DNA of 59,025 bases. Origin: Thermoplasmata archaeon. GTDB lineage: Archaea; Thermoplasmatota; Thermoplasmata; Halarchaeoplasmatales; Halarchaeoplasmataceae. Every line of letters begins with the position of its first letter. Within the stretch, counting starts at the first letter, position 1. Below, one piece after another: positions 9,126-18,733 of the stretch. The stretch covers positions 1-59,025 of the forward strand of contig JAWOBZ010000003.1 in assembly GCA_046484045.1 (NCBI GenBank). Reading direction: 5' to 3'. The notes below the pieces were generated by a model, which worked only from the letters and a program-made list of their open reading frames with translations, did no database searches and was not told where the DNA came from. The position numbers and the translations under genes are program-made.

Positions 9126-10596
9126 GTTCTTTCACCTTCTCGAGGTATTTGCCACGTTCTCTGAGGATTTCCAGCACTTTCACGGCCCTTCCAGTACTGT
9201 CGAAGATCGGGATGCCGATTTCGTGAAATCCCTTTCTCCACTTGTCTGCGTTGGCACCTCCGTGGAGGGTGATTACCAATGGTTTGGAAAGTGATGGATA
9301 TATGGCCGTTATATCCGATATCGATGGATCGTCCAAGTTGATGGCCTTGGATAAACAGAGGAGCACTGCATCCAAATTTGGATCCCCGTCGAGGATCTCG
9401 ATTGTTCTCAGTAATGTTCGGTTGTCCACTTCGGGGGTTAGATCAATGGGGTTCGTTACCGATCCAAGCGGGCTGACAACTGTTTCTAGTTTTTCTATGG
9501 TATCCTGGCTGAGATCCGCGATCGACAGGTCGGAACCGCTCTTCTCGATCAGATCGGATACGATTATACCCATACTTCCCGCACTGGATACTTCTGCGAT
9601 GTTTCCGCGGGTTAGTGGTTTATAGCAAGACAGTGCTGTAGAGAATTCTACCAGTTCTCTCTCATCTTCCGCTTTTATTATCCCTGCTTGTTTCATCATC
9701 CCGTCAAGGAGTTTTCCTGAGGTCTTCGCAATGTTTCCAGTGTGCGATTGAACTGCCTTGGAGCCCCTCTCTGATCTCCCACCTTTCAAAAGGACGATCG
9801 GAGAATGAGGTGTGACCTTTTTGGATAATCCGTAGAACCGTCTGCCGTCGGTGAAGGTTTCGATGTAAAAAGCCAACACGGAATCACCTTGCCGTCCAAA
9901 ATACTCCAAGAGCTCGTTCTCGTCGATATCGACCTTGTTTCCCAGACCTACGAAGGCTCTCAGTCCGACGTGCATCTCATTCAAAGTCTCGAGGAATGGA
10001 AGGGCCAGGTATCCACTCTGAGATATGAAAGTTACCATACCCTGTCTTGGTCTTTTGATGATATCTTCCGAGACGAAGAAGGTGTCCAGTCCGCTTATAT
10101 TGTCCAGGATCCCCATGGTGTTGGGACCAAGGACACGGATATCGCTGTTCTCTATAATAGATGCGAGTTCTCTTTCCATCTCCGCCCCCTCTTTCCCTCC
10201 TTCACGGAAACCGCTGGATTGGATGATGGCTGACCGGACGCCTTTGTCGATCACCTTCTCCATCACACCTAGGACTTTGTTTGCCGGCAGACTGACGATA
10301 GCTAGATCTGGAATCCGTGGTAAATCTTCGATATCTCTATAGAAATTTTCTCTGTCCGTGGGCTTGGGGTTAACCGCGTAGACTTCTGTGCCCATCCTCT
10401 TAAGGTTCCTGAAAACGGTGCTGCCGATAGAATTCTCATTAGATAAGGAAACACCGAATACGACTGCGCTCTCGGGCTCTAACATGGTCTTCAGGTCTGA
10501 GGAACTCATCTTCTTCAACGTCGGAGTTATTGTTTCAGGGATATATAACGTTTGATAAAAAAAATGAAAGTTACGGAAAAGGTTTAGATCATCCAC
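9115..10596 (-). CDS. ADP-forming acyl-CoA synthetase alpha-type subunit (CoA-binding plus CoA-ligase domains, no ATP-grasp)
   Basis: 'ESAVVFGVS' CoA-binding start, 'ISQSGYL', phosphohistidine loop 'VQSHTGNIAKT'. The true start may be the internal ATG at 10509 (MSSSDLK...). Confidence 0.8.
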   Translation of the reverse strand: MDDLNLFRNFHFFYQTLYIPETITPTLKKMSSSDLKTMLEPESAVVFGVSLSNENSIGSTVFRNLKRMGTEVYAVNPKPTDRENFYRDIEDLPRIPDLAIVSLPANKVLGVMEKVIDKGVRSAIIQSSGFREGGKEGAEMERELASIIENSDIRVLGPNTMGILDNISGLDTFFVSEDIIKRPRQGMVTFISQSGYLALPFLETLNEMHVGLRAFVGLGNKVDIDENELLEYFGRQGDSVLAFYIETFTDGRRFYGLSKKVTPHSPIVLLKGGRSERGSKAVQSHTGNIAKTSGKLLDGMMKQAGIIKAEDERELVEFSTALSCYKPLTRGNIAEVSSAGSMGIIVSDLIEKSGSDLSIADLSQDTIEKLETVVSPLGSVTNPIDLTPEVDNRTLLRTIEILDGDPNLDAVLLCLSKAINLDDPSISDITAIYPSLSKPLVITLHGGANADKWRKGFHEIGIPIFDSTGRAVKVLEILRERGKYLEKVKERGG

Positions 10597-11922
10597 TTAC
10601 GCTTCTTCGATCCTGTCGTGCTCTTCTCTCAGATCTATCACACGCTTGGCCTTGCCGACGGTCCTGGGCAGCTTGCCCGGTTCCAGAAGTTCGACGTCCG
10701 CTCGGATGTTCAATATCGCGGTGATGTTCTCCTGTGCCCTCTTGAGCAGGTCCTTTTCGTCGAATTTATCCGATTCGTAGTAATCCTTGTCGATCTCCAC
10801 TTTTACGTACAATTTATCGAGAACGTCCCTATCCACAATGATCTGGTAGTGTTCTCCGATGCCTTCGGTCTCCAGCAGTGCGGCTTCTATCTGGCTCGGG
10901 AAGACGTTCACTCCGCCGACTATCAGCATGTCGTCACTTCTTCCCTTGATGCGCATTATACGCGGGTGCTCTCTACCGCACTCGCACTCTTCGTAGTTGA
11001 CCACGGCGATATCTTTCGTCCTGTATCTGAGCAAAGGCATGGCCTCTCTGGAGAGCATGGTGAAGACCAGTTCTCCTTTCTCTCCTTCAGGCAGGACTTC
11101 TCCGGTAGCTGGATTGATGGTCTCTACCAGGAACTCGTCGCTCCAGATGTGGAGACCCTTCTGTTTTGGACACTCGACTGCTACACCGGGTCCGTAGAGT
11201 TCGCTCATGCCGTAGACGTCGTGAGCTCTGAGACCCATGGATTCCTGTATGCTATGTCTAGCTTCGTCGCTCCAAGGTTCGGCTCCGAACATACCTATCT
11301 TGAGGTTGAAATCCTTCAAGGGGTCGTATCCGTACTTCTTGGATGCCTCTGAAAGGTAAATGGCATAAGAAGGTGTGCAGGAAAGCACGGTTGTCTGGAA
11401 GTCGTACATCATCTTGATCTGCTTCTTTGTATTTCCCGTACTGGTGGGTATTATGGAAGCACCCAGGACTTCCGCACCCTGGTGGAATCCCAGGCCGCCG
11501 GTGAAAAGACCGTATCCGTAGGCGTTCTGGACAATATCTCCGGGTTTCGTCCCGGCTGCGCTGTATGTCCTAGCCATAAGGTCCCCCCAGGTCTCCATGT
11601 CATTGCGTGTGTAAGACACCACGGTGGGTGTTCCGGTTGTCCCGCTTGATGCATGGAACCGTATCACTTTTTCCCTGGGCACCGCTAATATCCCGTAGGG
11701 ATAATGATCTCTTAAATCATCTTTGACCGTGAAAGGTATCTTGTGAACATCTTCTAAACTTTTTATATCGTCGGGTGTGATCCCTTCCTCTTTGAATATT
11801 CTTTTGTACATGGGTACGTTCTCGTAGGCATAACGTACCATCTTCATCATCTTCTCTTCCTGCAGTTCTCTTATATCTTCCAGTTTCATCATCTGAGCTT
11901 TTTCGTTGTACATTTTTTTCAC
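10597..11922 (-). CDS. paaK: phenylacetate-CoA ligase / coenzyme F390 synthetase-family AMP-forming ligase
   Basis: AMP-binding motif 'FHASSGTTGTPTVVSYT', plus 'GMSELYGPGVAVEC' and a PaaK-like C-terminal domain. It abuts the downstream ACD-alpha gene. Confidence 0.85.
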   Translation of the reverse strand: MKKMYNEKAQMMKLEDIRELQEEKMMKMVRYAYENVPMYKRIFKEEGITPDDIKSLEDVHKIPFTVKDDLRDHYPYGILAVPREKVIRFHASSGTTGTPTVVSYTRNDMETWGDLMARTYSAAGTKPGDIVQNAYGYGLFTGGLGFHQGAEVLGASIIPTSTGNTKKQIKMMYDFQTTVLSCTPSYAIYLSEASKKYGYDPLKDFNLKIGMFGAEPWSDEARHSIQESMGLRAHDVYGMSELYGPGVAVECPKQKGLHIWSDEFLVETINPATGEVLPEGEKGELVFTMLSREAMPLLRYRTKDIAVVNYEECECGREHPRIMRIKGRSDDMLIVGGVNVFPSQIEAALLETEGIGEHYQIIVDRDVLDKLYVKVEIDKDYYESDKFDEKDLLKRAQENITAILNIRADVELLEPGKLPRTVGKAKRVIDLREEHDRIEEA

Positions 11923-12040
11923 CTGGATATTGGTTGTTATAATCTTAAGGTATCATATAGAAAAGTGATTATAAGTCTTTCGAATGGTTAAAGTTAAAAA
12001 AAAATAAAAATTAATAAAAAAAGGATAATTGGAAAGGGGT

Positions 12041-12316
12041 TTACATTGCTATACCAGGAGATGGTGGTGGATTTATACCCGGGTTTCCATTATAAACCTT
12101 TCCCATACTTATTGGTTCACTTTTAATTTCCGGTTCTTCTGGATTTGGATATGGGTCAATATCTTGCTCCGGTCTTTCAATATCTTCATCCGGTTCAATT
12201 GCAGCGGTGGACAGACTCGTCCACATTACGGATACTGTAAAGATCGCAACCAAAGTCAAAACAGCAAGCCCAACATTCCTTACGTTTCTTTCGTTTTTCT
12301 TTCTCATCTTTTTCAC
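12041..12316 (-). CDS. small secreted or membrane-anchored Pro/Glu-rich protein
   Basis: Basic N-terminus plus one hydrophobic helix ('VGLAVLTLVAIFTVSVMW'), then an acidic Pro-rich tail. A GGTGA Shine-Dalgarno-like motif lies 6 nt upstream of the ATG. Confidence 0.45.
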   Translation of the reverse strand: MKKMRKKNERNVRNVGLAVLTLVAIFTVSVMWTSLSTAAIEPDEDIERPEQDIDPYPNPEEPEIKSEPISMGKVYNGNPGINPPPSPGIAM

Positions 12317-12444
12317 CTTTTTATATTACTTAACTATCCCTTAAGATTATATATATACATATAGAGCATTTCAAATCTCGATTCGAGATATAGAACGGTT
12401 CAATTGTGCTGAATGTCGAAGTACTGGAAAAGAAAAAAAGTAAA

Positions 12445-12936
12445 TTATTTTTGATATTTCATCGAAGAACGGATCTTTTCTACTATTCCTGCTATCTTGC
12501 TGCGGTGTTCGTTTTCTTTGATCTTCTTATCCTCTATACCAAAGGTATAGATCGGGGATTTACCGGAACATTCTTTCAACTGACGATATACCTTCTCAAG
12601 CTCTCCGCCTCCAGATGTGCAGTAGAATACTACTTCAGGCAGCTTATTTCCGTATCGATTGAGATATGTCCGGACCGCAGGTGTGATAGACCCAGCCCAG
12701 ACAGGAGTGCCGATTATGACGAGGTCGTACATGGAGGGATCGTGCTTTATCCCCCCGATCTCAGTTTCCTTTTCCTTCAACGCGTGATATCCTGCCCGGA
12801 TAAAGCCGATCAGTGGAGTTTTTCTGTTTTTCTTATCGATGATCCTCTCGGTATCGGCTTCCAGGTGCTTGGCCAATGCCCTACCGACCTTCTCTGTGTT
12901 TCCGGTTCTTGAATAATACACTACTAGCGTTTTCAT
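12445..12936 (-). CDS. flavodoxin-like protein
   Basis: 'MKTLVVYYSRTGNTEKV' FMN-binding loop. I prefer the start at 12936 because it gives an ATGA overlap with the stop of the upstream gene. Confidence 0.8.
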   Translation of the reverse strand: MKTLVVYYSRTGNTEKVGRALAKHLEADTERIIDKKNRKTPLIGFIRAGYHALKEKETEIGGIKHDPSMYDLVIIGTPVWAGSITPAVRTYLNRYGNKLPEVVFYCTSGGGELEKVYRQLKECSGKSPIYTFGIEDKKIKENEHRSKIAGIVEKIRSSMKYQK

Positions 12937-13388
12937 GATATCTCCGTACATTCCAACTCGTTAAAAATATCTTCGATGAACTTATCGCCCGCTGCGGTTT
13001 TACTCTCCCACCTGATCCCGCTGGTCGTCCTGGAGTGAGTGGAGTCGTCTTTCACTTGCTCCACGTCGAATTTGATGATAGACATGTGTTCGTTGCAGTC
13101 CATCTGTTCCTTCATAACTTTCGCCGTGCCGTAGATCGACACGTTCACATCACCCTTCTCGCACATGCAGATCATGGCTTTTCCGGTTTCTTCGATGTTC
13201 TTGGTTCCATCGTGTCTTTTCGCCATCCCCATCAGTATGGTATTACGGTCTTTAGCCCATGCAAGATGTATCGGGGTCGTGTTCGGTCTTCCCTCTTCGG
13301 ATACAGTGGCTACTATAACCGTTGGAATCTTTGATCTGAGTAATCTGTATGCTTCCTCCGGCAAGCTGCTACCTAGTATTTCCGACAT
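12933..13388 (-). CDS. pyridoxamine 5'-phosphate oxidase-like FMN-binding split-barrel protein
   Basis: 'TVIVATVSEEGRPNTTPI' and a following beta-rich pattern typical of the PNPOx-like fold. Translationally coupled to the flavodoxin gene. Confidence 0.7.
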   Translation of the reverse strand: MSEILGSSLPEEAYRLLRSKIPTVIVATVSEEGRPNTTPIHLAWAKDRNTILMGMAKRHDGTKNIEETGKAMICMCEKGDVNVSIYGTAKVMKEQMDCNEHMSIIKFDVEQVKDDSTHSRTTSGIRWESKTAAGDKFIEDIFNELECTEIS

Positions 13389-13475
13389 GGTGGGTGATGT
13401 TTTCTAAAGGATATATTTTTTCCTTTGAATTGATATCGATTTATTCTTATGATAAAGACCACAAAGTATAAGTAA

Positions 13476-13491
13476 GTATACCAGGTATACC
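13476..13491. promoter_or_regulatory. candidate operator of the TA operon (GTATACC / GGTATACC repeats)
   Basis: GTATACC at 13476-13482 and the self-complementary GGTATACC at 13484-13491, 8-23 nt upstream of the antitoxin ATG at 13499. Confidence 0.35.
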
Positions 13492-13498
13492 TTATCAC

Positions 13499-13909
13499 AT
13501 GGTAAAAACTATAAAAGTGAGCGAAAGAGTCCATGACCTCCTCGACGAATTCAAGAAGAAGCACGGTTTATCCACCTATAAAGAAGCAGTAGAAACAGCT
13601 GTGATGGAGGCCGAAGGGGTATTGGACGATTCCGGTTCTATCGTATCCACCATGGATGTCTTAGGAGGTCAGCCAAGGATAAAAGATACAAGGATTGGTA
13701 TACTAAATATAAATAGATGGTATTTTGAAGAAGGATTATCCGTGAAGGAGATATGCGATCATTACTATGTTGAAAAAGAAGGGGTGGAAGCTGCCGTTAA
13801 GTATATCGAAGAAAATCCAGAACATATCCAGCAGTTAAAAAGGGAAATCCAGATAAAAGAAAAGATATCGATGGAGACGGCCAAAGAAAGGATGAAGGAG
13901 ATCGTTTGA
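13499..13909 (+). CDS. DUF433-type antitoxin with N-terminal RHH-like segment
   Basis: 'LGGQPRIKDTRIGILNI..W..EGLSVKEICDHY' matches the DUF433 pattern. Its stop overlaps the ATG of the next gene (TGATG). Confidence 0.75.
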   Translation: MVKTIKVSERVHDLLDEFKKKHGLSTYKEAVETAVMEAEGVLDDSGSIVSTMDVLGGQPRIKDTRIGILNINRWYFEEGLSVKEICDHYYVEKEGVEAAVKYIEENPEHIQQLKREIQIKEKISMETAKERMKEIV

Positions 13910-14256
13910 TGAGGATATGTCTGGATGAGAACGTACCAGAACATGTACTAATTCGACTAAGATCACATGGTCACGATGTAGCCTTGGCAAGAGAAGAAGC
14001 AGGAACAGGCGCTACTGATATCGAATTATTGAAATTATGTACTCAGGAAGAAAGAGTCTTACTCACAAACGATAACGATTTTGATATTCTGCATGGGAAT
14101 TACCACCATGAAGGGATTTTAAGGTACTCTATTAATCAGCCGACAAAAGAGGGATGGAAGAAATTGATAGAAGGGATCGAACTGATCGAGGAGCATATGT
14201 CCATGAAAAACGAACTACAATGGCCTATGCAGTGGTGGGAAAGTTTTAATGGATGA
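13909..14256 (+). CDS. DUF5615 (PIN-like/Mut7-C-like) toxin
   Basis: 'MRICLDENVP...GATDIELL....RVLLTNDNDF' is the typical DUF5615 partner of DUF433. Confidence 0.75.
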   Translation: MRICLDENVPEHVLIRLRSHGHDVALAREEAGTGATDIELLKLCTQEERVLLTNDNDFDILHGNYHHEGILRYSINQPTKEGWKKLIEGIELIEEHMSMKNELQWPMQWWESFNG

Positions 14257-14300
14257 ATTAACAGAAGGCATAGGAAGTGTATATTTGCATGGGTGGATAG

Positions 14301-15368
14301 TTAAAATATACCTGAGAACAGGGGTATCAACACCAATACGATGGGTATCGAAACCACCGTGGTCCATGTTACGGATAGCGCCGTTCCCTTTGCGTTCAAA
14401 CCGTACGAGATCAGGAACATGTTCGTACTGGTAATCGGCAGGACGGAGTTGATCACTATCACGGCGAACCAAGAACCTGGTATCAGTCCAAGGAGCAGGA
14501 TAGGGGCGAATACTAATGTGGTGATGATCGGAGTGTACAACATGGTGGTCAGGAATGCGTTCCTACCAACCGACCAATGGAACTTCCTCTCTTCGCTTTC
14601 TTCTGGCGGTAAGAACATCTTCTTCATCTCGTCGAATTGGAGGTCTTTCGGATGTATCCCTGCTCCTGCATAGTACAGACCGGCTGGGATAGTAAGAGCG
14701 GTGATGAAGTAGAGGACCGTTCCACCGTCACCGAGGTCAGCCATCGTGATACCGGTTTGATGATGTATTATTATAGCCGCTATTACGAACGATAATAGGT
14801 ACCATGGATATATTCTAAGAAACAAAGGTAAAGGTGAACCATCTTCGCGTATATTCTTGGTTTCATGCTTGTGCATCACCGAAAGTATGTAGGGGAGAAC
14901 AGCGAAAAGACCTATACCGACGAGGCTTATGTAGATACCTGCGGGTACGGTCCATCCTTCGATGGCCAGAAGAGCACCTCCGACGAATGCGGCGCTCCTT
15001 CCTTGGTTCGTGAGTACGGTTTTTATGAACGTTCTTTTCTTCATCCCCGTGAGTTCTAGTTCTTTGGCTTCGATGTGACCCAGGATGTAGGCGAGCATGT
15101 ACATGAAAAATAAAACACCAAAAGTTATGCCCGCGAATGTGATCTCGCTCTTCCCGAAATCGATATTGATAAATATCCTGAATAGAAGGAGTGGTATGAA
15201 CACGAATAAAAGAACGAGACCTATCTTTTTCATTATGACGTCGATGCGGTCTCGACCGAATGTTTTTCCTAGGAAGTAAGTCACGACTAGACCTACGATT
15301 ATCCAGGGGAGCGTGTACAACCCGCTGATGTACGGTAATATAGTACCTAGTATACTGATTAAAGCCAT
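14301..15368 (-). CDS. polytopic membrane transporter, possibly auxin-efflux-carrier (AEC) family
   Basis: About 10 hydrophobic segments over 355 aa. The family call is based on overall architecture only. Confidence 0.5.
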   Translation of the reverse strand: MALISILGTILPYISGLYTLPWIIVGLVVTYFLGKTFGRDRIDVIMKKIGLVLLFVFIPLLLFRIFINIDFGKSEITFAGITFGVLFFMYMLAYILGHIEAKELELTGMKKRTFIKTVLTNQGRSAAFVGGALLAIEGWTVPAGIYISLVGIGLFAVLPYILSVMHKHETKNIREDGSPLPLFLRIYPWYLLSFVIAAIIIHHQTGITMADLGDGGTVLYFITALTIPAGLYYAGAGIHPKDLQFDEMKKMFLPPEESEERKFHWSVGRNAFLTTMLYTPIITTLVFAPILLLGLIPGSWFAVIVINSVLPITSTNMFLISYGLNAKGTALSVTWTTVVSIPIVLVLIPLFSGIF

Positions 15369-15533
15369 ATGCAGGTCAAATAGGAAACATTATTTAAAAA
15401 GTTCGTTCGTGTAGTTGTTGGTAATAAGTATTGAAGTAAAATACATAGACTGCTTTCTAACTATATACTAAATAAGCGTTCCAACAGTATAATTTCCGAA
15501 AATATAATAAACAGGAGGTAGACTGCCTCCTCG

Positions 15534-17666
15534 ATGTCCTCTGAAACTCGGTCTCTCGATGCTCTCTTTGACCCGGAATCAGTAGCCGTTATAGGTGCTT
15601 CTCATACCAAGGGGAAGGTGGGGCATATTTTGGCATCCAATATCCTTAAATCGGATTACGACGGGGATGTTTATTTGGTCAACCCAAAAGGTGGAGAGAT
15701 ACTCGGTGAGAAGGTTTACGAAAATATAAGCGACCTACCGGACGGGATCGATCTTACATGCATAGTGATACCGGCAAAATACGTCGAGGACGCCGTTAGG
15801 GAGTGTGGGGAGAAGGATTTCAAACATCTGATCATCATATCATCCGGATTCTCTGAAATAGGGAACACGGATATGGAAAGAGCCGTTGTAGATGAAGCCG
15901 AGAAACACGGCATGAGGGTTTTAGGACCTAACGTTTTCGGTATCTACTCGGCCAAGGCAGACCTGAACGCCACCTTCGGTCCTGAGAAGATCAAGAAAGG
16001 GAAGATAGCTCTCATCTCTCAGAGCGGTGCACTCGGAATCGCCATGATCGGAAAGACGGCGGAGCAGTACCTCGGTCTTTCTACCATCGTAAGCGTGGGG
16101 AACAAATCCGATGTCGATGATATGGACCTGCTGGAATATCTCTCCGAAGACGATGATAGCGAGGTCATCATGATATACATGGAGGGACTGCCCAACGGTA
16201 GAGAATTTTTAAAGAAGGTAGATGAGATGCCGCCGGAGAAGGCCATCGTTGTTATAAAAGCCGGCAGGTCCGAGAAGGGTGCTACCGCGGTCGCATCTCA
16301 CACCGGTTCTCTGGCAGGTAGCGACAAGATATTCAGCGCTGCGTTCGAGCAAGCCGGGATCTGCAGGGCTACGAATCTAAGAGAGGCATTCGACTGGTCG
16401 AGGGTATTCGCATCCAATAAGCTGCCGGAAAGAGAGAACACGGTGGTTATCACGAACGGCGGTGGTATCGGTGTGCTCAGTGCTGACGCAGCCGAACTCT
16501 ACGGCGTGAACCTCCTGGACGATCAGACTTTCCTGAAAGAAAAGTTCGAGGACGCCATACCGTCTTTCGGGTCGACGAAGAACCCGATAGATCTCACCGG
16601 TCAGGCGGGTAGGGAGGAATACAAAAGGGCGATGGAAGCCGCACTGGAGAGCGACGAGATCGGTTCAGTGGTGGGGCTTTACTGCGAAACCGGTGTTTCA
16701 GATCCCCTTGAGACATCTAGGGCGTTAAAAGAGATATTCGATAAATACAAAGACAAAAAGCCCATGGTTTTCACTTTTACGGGTGGAGAGTTCGTTGACG
16801 AGTGTGTCGAGTGGTTGAGGAAGAACAAAGTCCCGGCTTTTACGGACACCTACGAAGCCATGTCCGCAATGGGAGCGTTGTTCAGAAGGAAGGAATACTT
16901 GGAGAAGAAGAAGGAGATGGAGGATATGGAGGAACCTGATATCGACATAGACAGGATCCAGAAGGTGGTGGATAAGGTGAGGGGGCAAAACAGATTGAAC
17001 CTCCTGGAGAGCGAGGGGAGGGAGATAATGGACGCCGCGGGGGTTTCCATGGCGAAGGGGAGAGTGGTCAACAGTCTGGAAGAATGCGTTGATGCGGCGG
17101 AAGAGATAGGCTACCCCGTCGTGCTTAAAGTGGTTTCAGAAGATATAATCCATAAGACCGATGCAGGCGGCCTAGCTTTGAACCTAGAGAACGAAAAAGA
17201 GGTCGTAGATGCATACCAGGCGATCTATTCAAGCTGTAAAAGTAAATATCCCAAGGCGAGGATCAGGGGCATCTCGGTGGCTGAGATGTTGGAGGGGGGG
17301 GAGGAGACCATCGTAGGCGGCACGACGGACCCGTCCTTCGGACCAGTGGTCATGTTCGGCCTCGGAGGAGTCTATGTAGAGATATTGAAGGACGTTCAGT
17401 TCCGCGTGGCACCTATATCTAAAAGGGAGGCGAGCAGGATGATGGGAGAGATAAACTCGTTCCCGGTGTTAGTAGGGGCTAGGGGGCAGAAGAGGAAGGA
17501 CCTGAACGCACTAGCAGATGTTATATACCGTGTTTCATTTTTGATGGATAAGATAGAGGCTATCTTAGAGATAGATCTTAACCCGATAAAGGCTTTCGAA
17601 CAAGGTAAAGGATGCAAAGCCGTTGATGTTGCAATCACACTTAAAAGAGAGGTGGAAGAAAAATGA
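15534..17666 (+). CDS. acd: acetyl-CoA synthetase (ADP-forming), fused alpha-beta form
   Basis: 'ESVAVIGAS', 'ISQSGALG', phosphohistidine loop 'VASHTGSLAGS', and a C-terminal ATP-grasp ('GYPVVLKVVSEDIIHKTDAGG'). Confidence 0.9.
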   Translation: MSSETRSLDALFDPESVAVIGASHTKGKVGHILASNILKSDYDGDVYLVNPKGGEILGEKVYENISDLPDGIDLTCIVIPAKYVEDAVRECGEKDFKHLIIISSGFSEIGNTDMERAVVDEAEKHGMRVLGPNVFGIYSAKADLNATFGPEKIKKGKIALISQSGALGIAMIGKTAEQYLGLSTIVSVGNKSDVDDMDLLEYLSEDDDSEVIMIYMEGLPNGREFLKKVDEMPPEKAIVVIKAGRSEKGATAVASHTGSLAGSDKIFSAAFEQAGICRATNLREAFDWSRVFASNKLPERENTVVITNGGGIGVLSADAAELYGVNLLDDQTFLKEKFEDAIPSFGSTKNPIDLTGQAGREEYKRAMEAALESDEIGSVVGLYCETGVSDPLETSRALKEIFDKYKDKKPMVFTFTGGEFVDECVEWLRKNKVPAFTDTYEAMSAMGALFRRKEYLEKKKEMEDMEEPDIDIDRIQKVVDKVRGQNRLNLLESEGREIMDAAGVSMAKGRVVNSLEECVDAAEEIGYPVVLKVVSEDIIHKTDAGGLALNLENEKEVVDAYQAIYSSCKSKYPKARIRGISVAEMLEGGEETIVGGTTDPSFGPVVMFGLGGVYVEILKDVQFRVAPISKREASRMMGEINSFPVLVGARGQKRKDLNALADVIYRVSFLMDKIEAILEIDLNPIKAFEQGKGCKAVDVAITLKREVEEK

Positions 17667-18700
17667 AGAATATTATTATATCGTCGACCGAAGCGGACGC
17701 TGGAAAGACCACGGTAGGAATGGCTATAGCGATGTGTTCCGACAAGAAATTCAACTACTTCAAACCCTTCGGAGACAGACCGATCTACAAGAAGAAGAGG
17801 CTGATAGATTACGACGCGAAGCTGTTCAAGAACGTTCTAAAATTGGATATGGACTACGAGAAATTCTGCATAGGATTCGACCATTCCAAGATCAAGTACG
17901 CATACGACGAAAAGACTATAGAAGATAAACTGACGGAAAGGATCGAGGAACTGAGCCAGGGAAAGGACGGAGTGATCATCGAGACGGGAGAGGACTGGAG
18001 GTTCGGCTCTTCGGTGTCATTGGACCCCGCGTCTTTGTATAAAATATTGGATGCTGAGATCGTGCTTGTAGCGGCGGGTTCACGGACGAACATCGTGGAT
18101 GATCTGACGGCGGCAGCAAGGTACTTCGACGCCCTTGACATACCGATCAAGGGAGTAGTGTTGAACAAAGTTGAGTCGGAAGAAGACATCAAGAATTTTG
18201 CGCTGAAGGATATCGAATCTATGGGATTGGACGTTCTGGGTATCATCCCCGAGATAACGGATTTTAAATTGACCAGAGTGAGTTTTATCAACGACATGCT
18301 GTTCGGAAAGGTCGTCGCCGGTGAAGTTGGGTTGGAGAACATAGTGGAGAACATCTTCGTGGGTGCGCTGAGCGTCGACGAGATGGTGAGGAACCCGCAC
18401 TTCCACGAGAAGAGAAAATTGATCGTGACCGGAGGAGACAGGTCCGACGTTGTACTCGCATCCCTCGAGGAGGGCACGGCAGGGATCGTATTGACCAACG
18501 ATATCATCCCTCCGAACAACATCATATCTAAAGCTGACGGGGTCGGCATCCCGCTGATATCCGTACCGCTGGACACCTTCGAAGCGGCACAACGAATCGA
18601 GAGGATGGACAGGATAACCACCATCGAGGACGACTTCAAGATAGACAAGATCAAAGAGATCATCACGAAGAAGCTGGATGTTGACTTGTTAAAAGTTTGA
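17663..18700 (+). CDS. DRTGG-domain protein resembling the N-terminal (BioD-like plus DRTGG) regulatory half of phosphotransacetylase
   Basis: P-loop-like 'STEADAGKTTV' and the DRTGG motif 'VTGGDRSDV'. ATGA overlap with the acd stop. Confidence 0.75.
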   Translation: MKNIIISSTEADAGKTTVGMAIAMCSDKKFNYFKPFGDRPIYKKKRLIDYDAKLFKNVLKLDMDYEKFCIGFDHSKIKYAYDEKTIEDKLTERIEELSQGKDGVIIETGEDWRFGSSVSLDPASLYKILDAEIVLVAAGSRTNIVDDLTAAARYFDALDIPIKGVVLNKVESEEDIKNFALKDIESMGLDVLGIIPEITDFKLTRVSFINDMLFGKVVAGEVGLENIVENIFVGALSVDEMVRNPHFHEKRKLIVTGGDRSDVVLASLEEGTAGIVLTNDIIPPNNIISKADGVGIPLISVPLDTFEAAQRIERMDRITTIEDDFKIDKIKEIITKKLDVDLLKV

Positions 18701-18725
18701 TTTAAAGTCAACGACACGGCTTTTT
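18680..18725 (+). terminator. stop-codon-spanning hairpin followed by a T5 run
   Basis: GTTGACTT (18680-18687) pairs with AAGTCAAC (18705-18712) around the TGA at 18698-18700. TTTTT at 18721-18725 fits archaeal oligo-T termination. Confidence 0.35.
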
Positions 18726-18733
18726 GAACTTAT

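Noticed and set aside
10618-11352. 244-aa plus-strand ORF inside the PaaK-like gene; similar cases at 17854-18717 (287 aa), 36617-37144 (175 aa) and 5446-5943 (165 aa)
   Set aside because: Each lies fully within, and antisense to or out of frame with, a gene that has strong family motifs. None carries recognisable motifs or a plausible ribosome-binding context.
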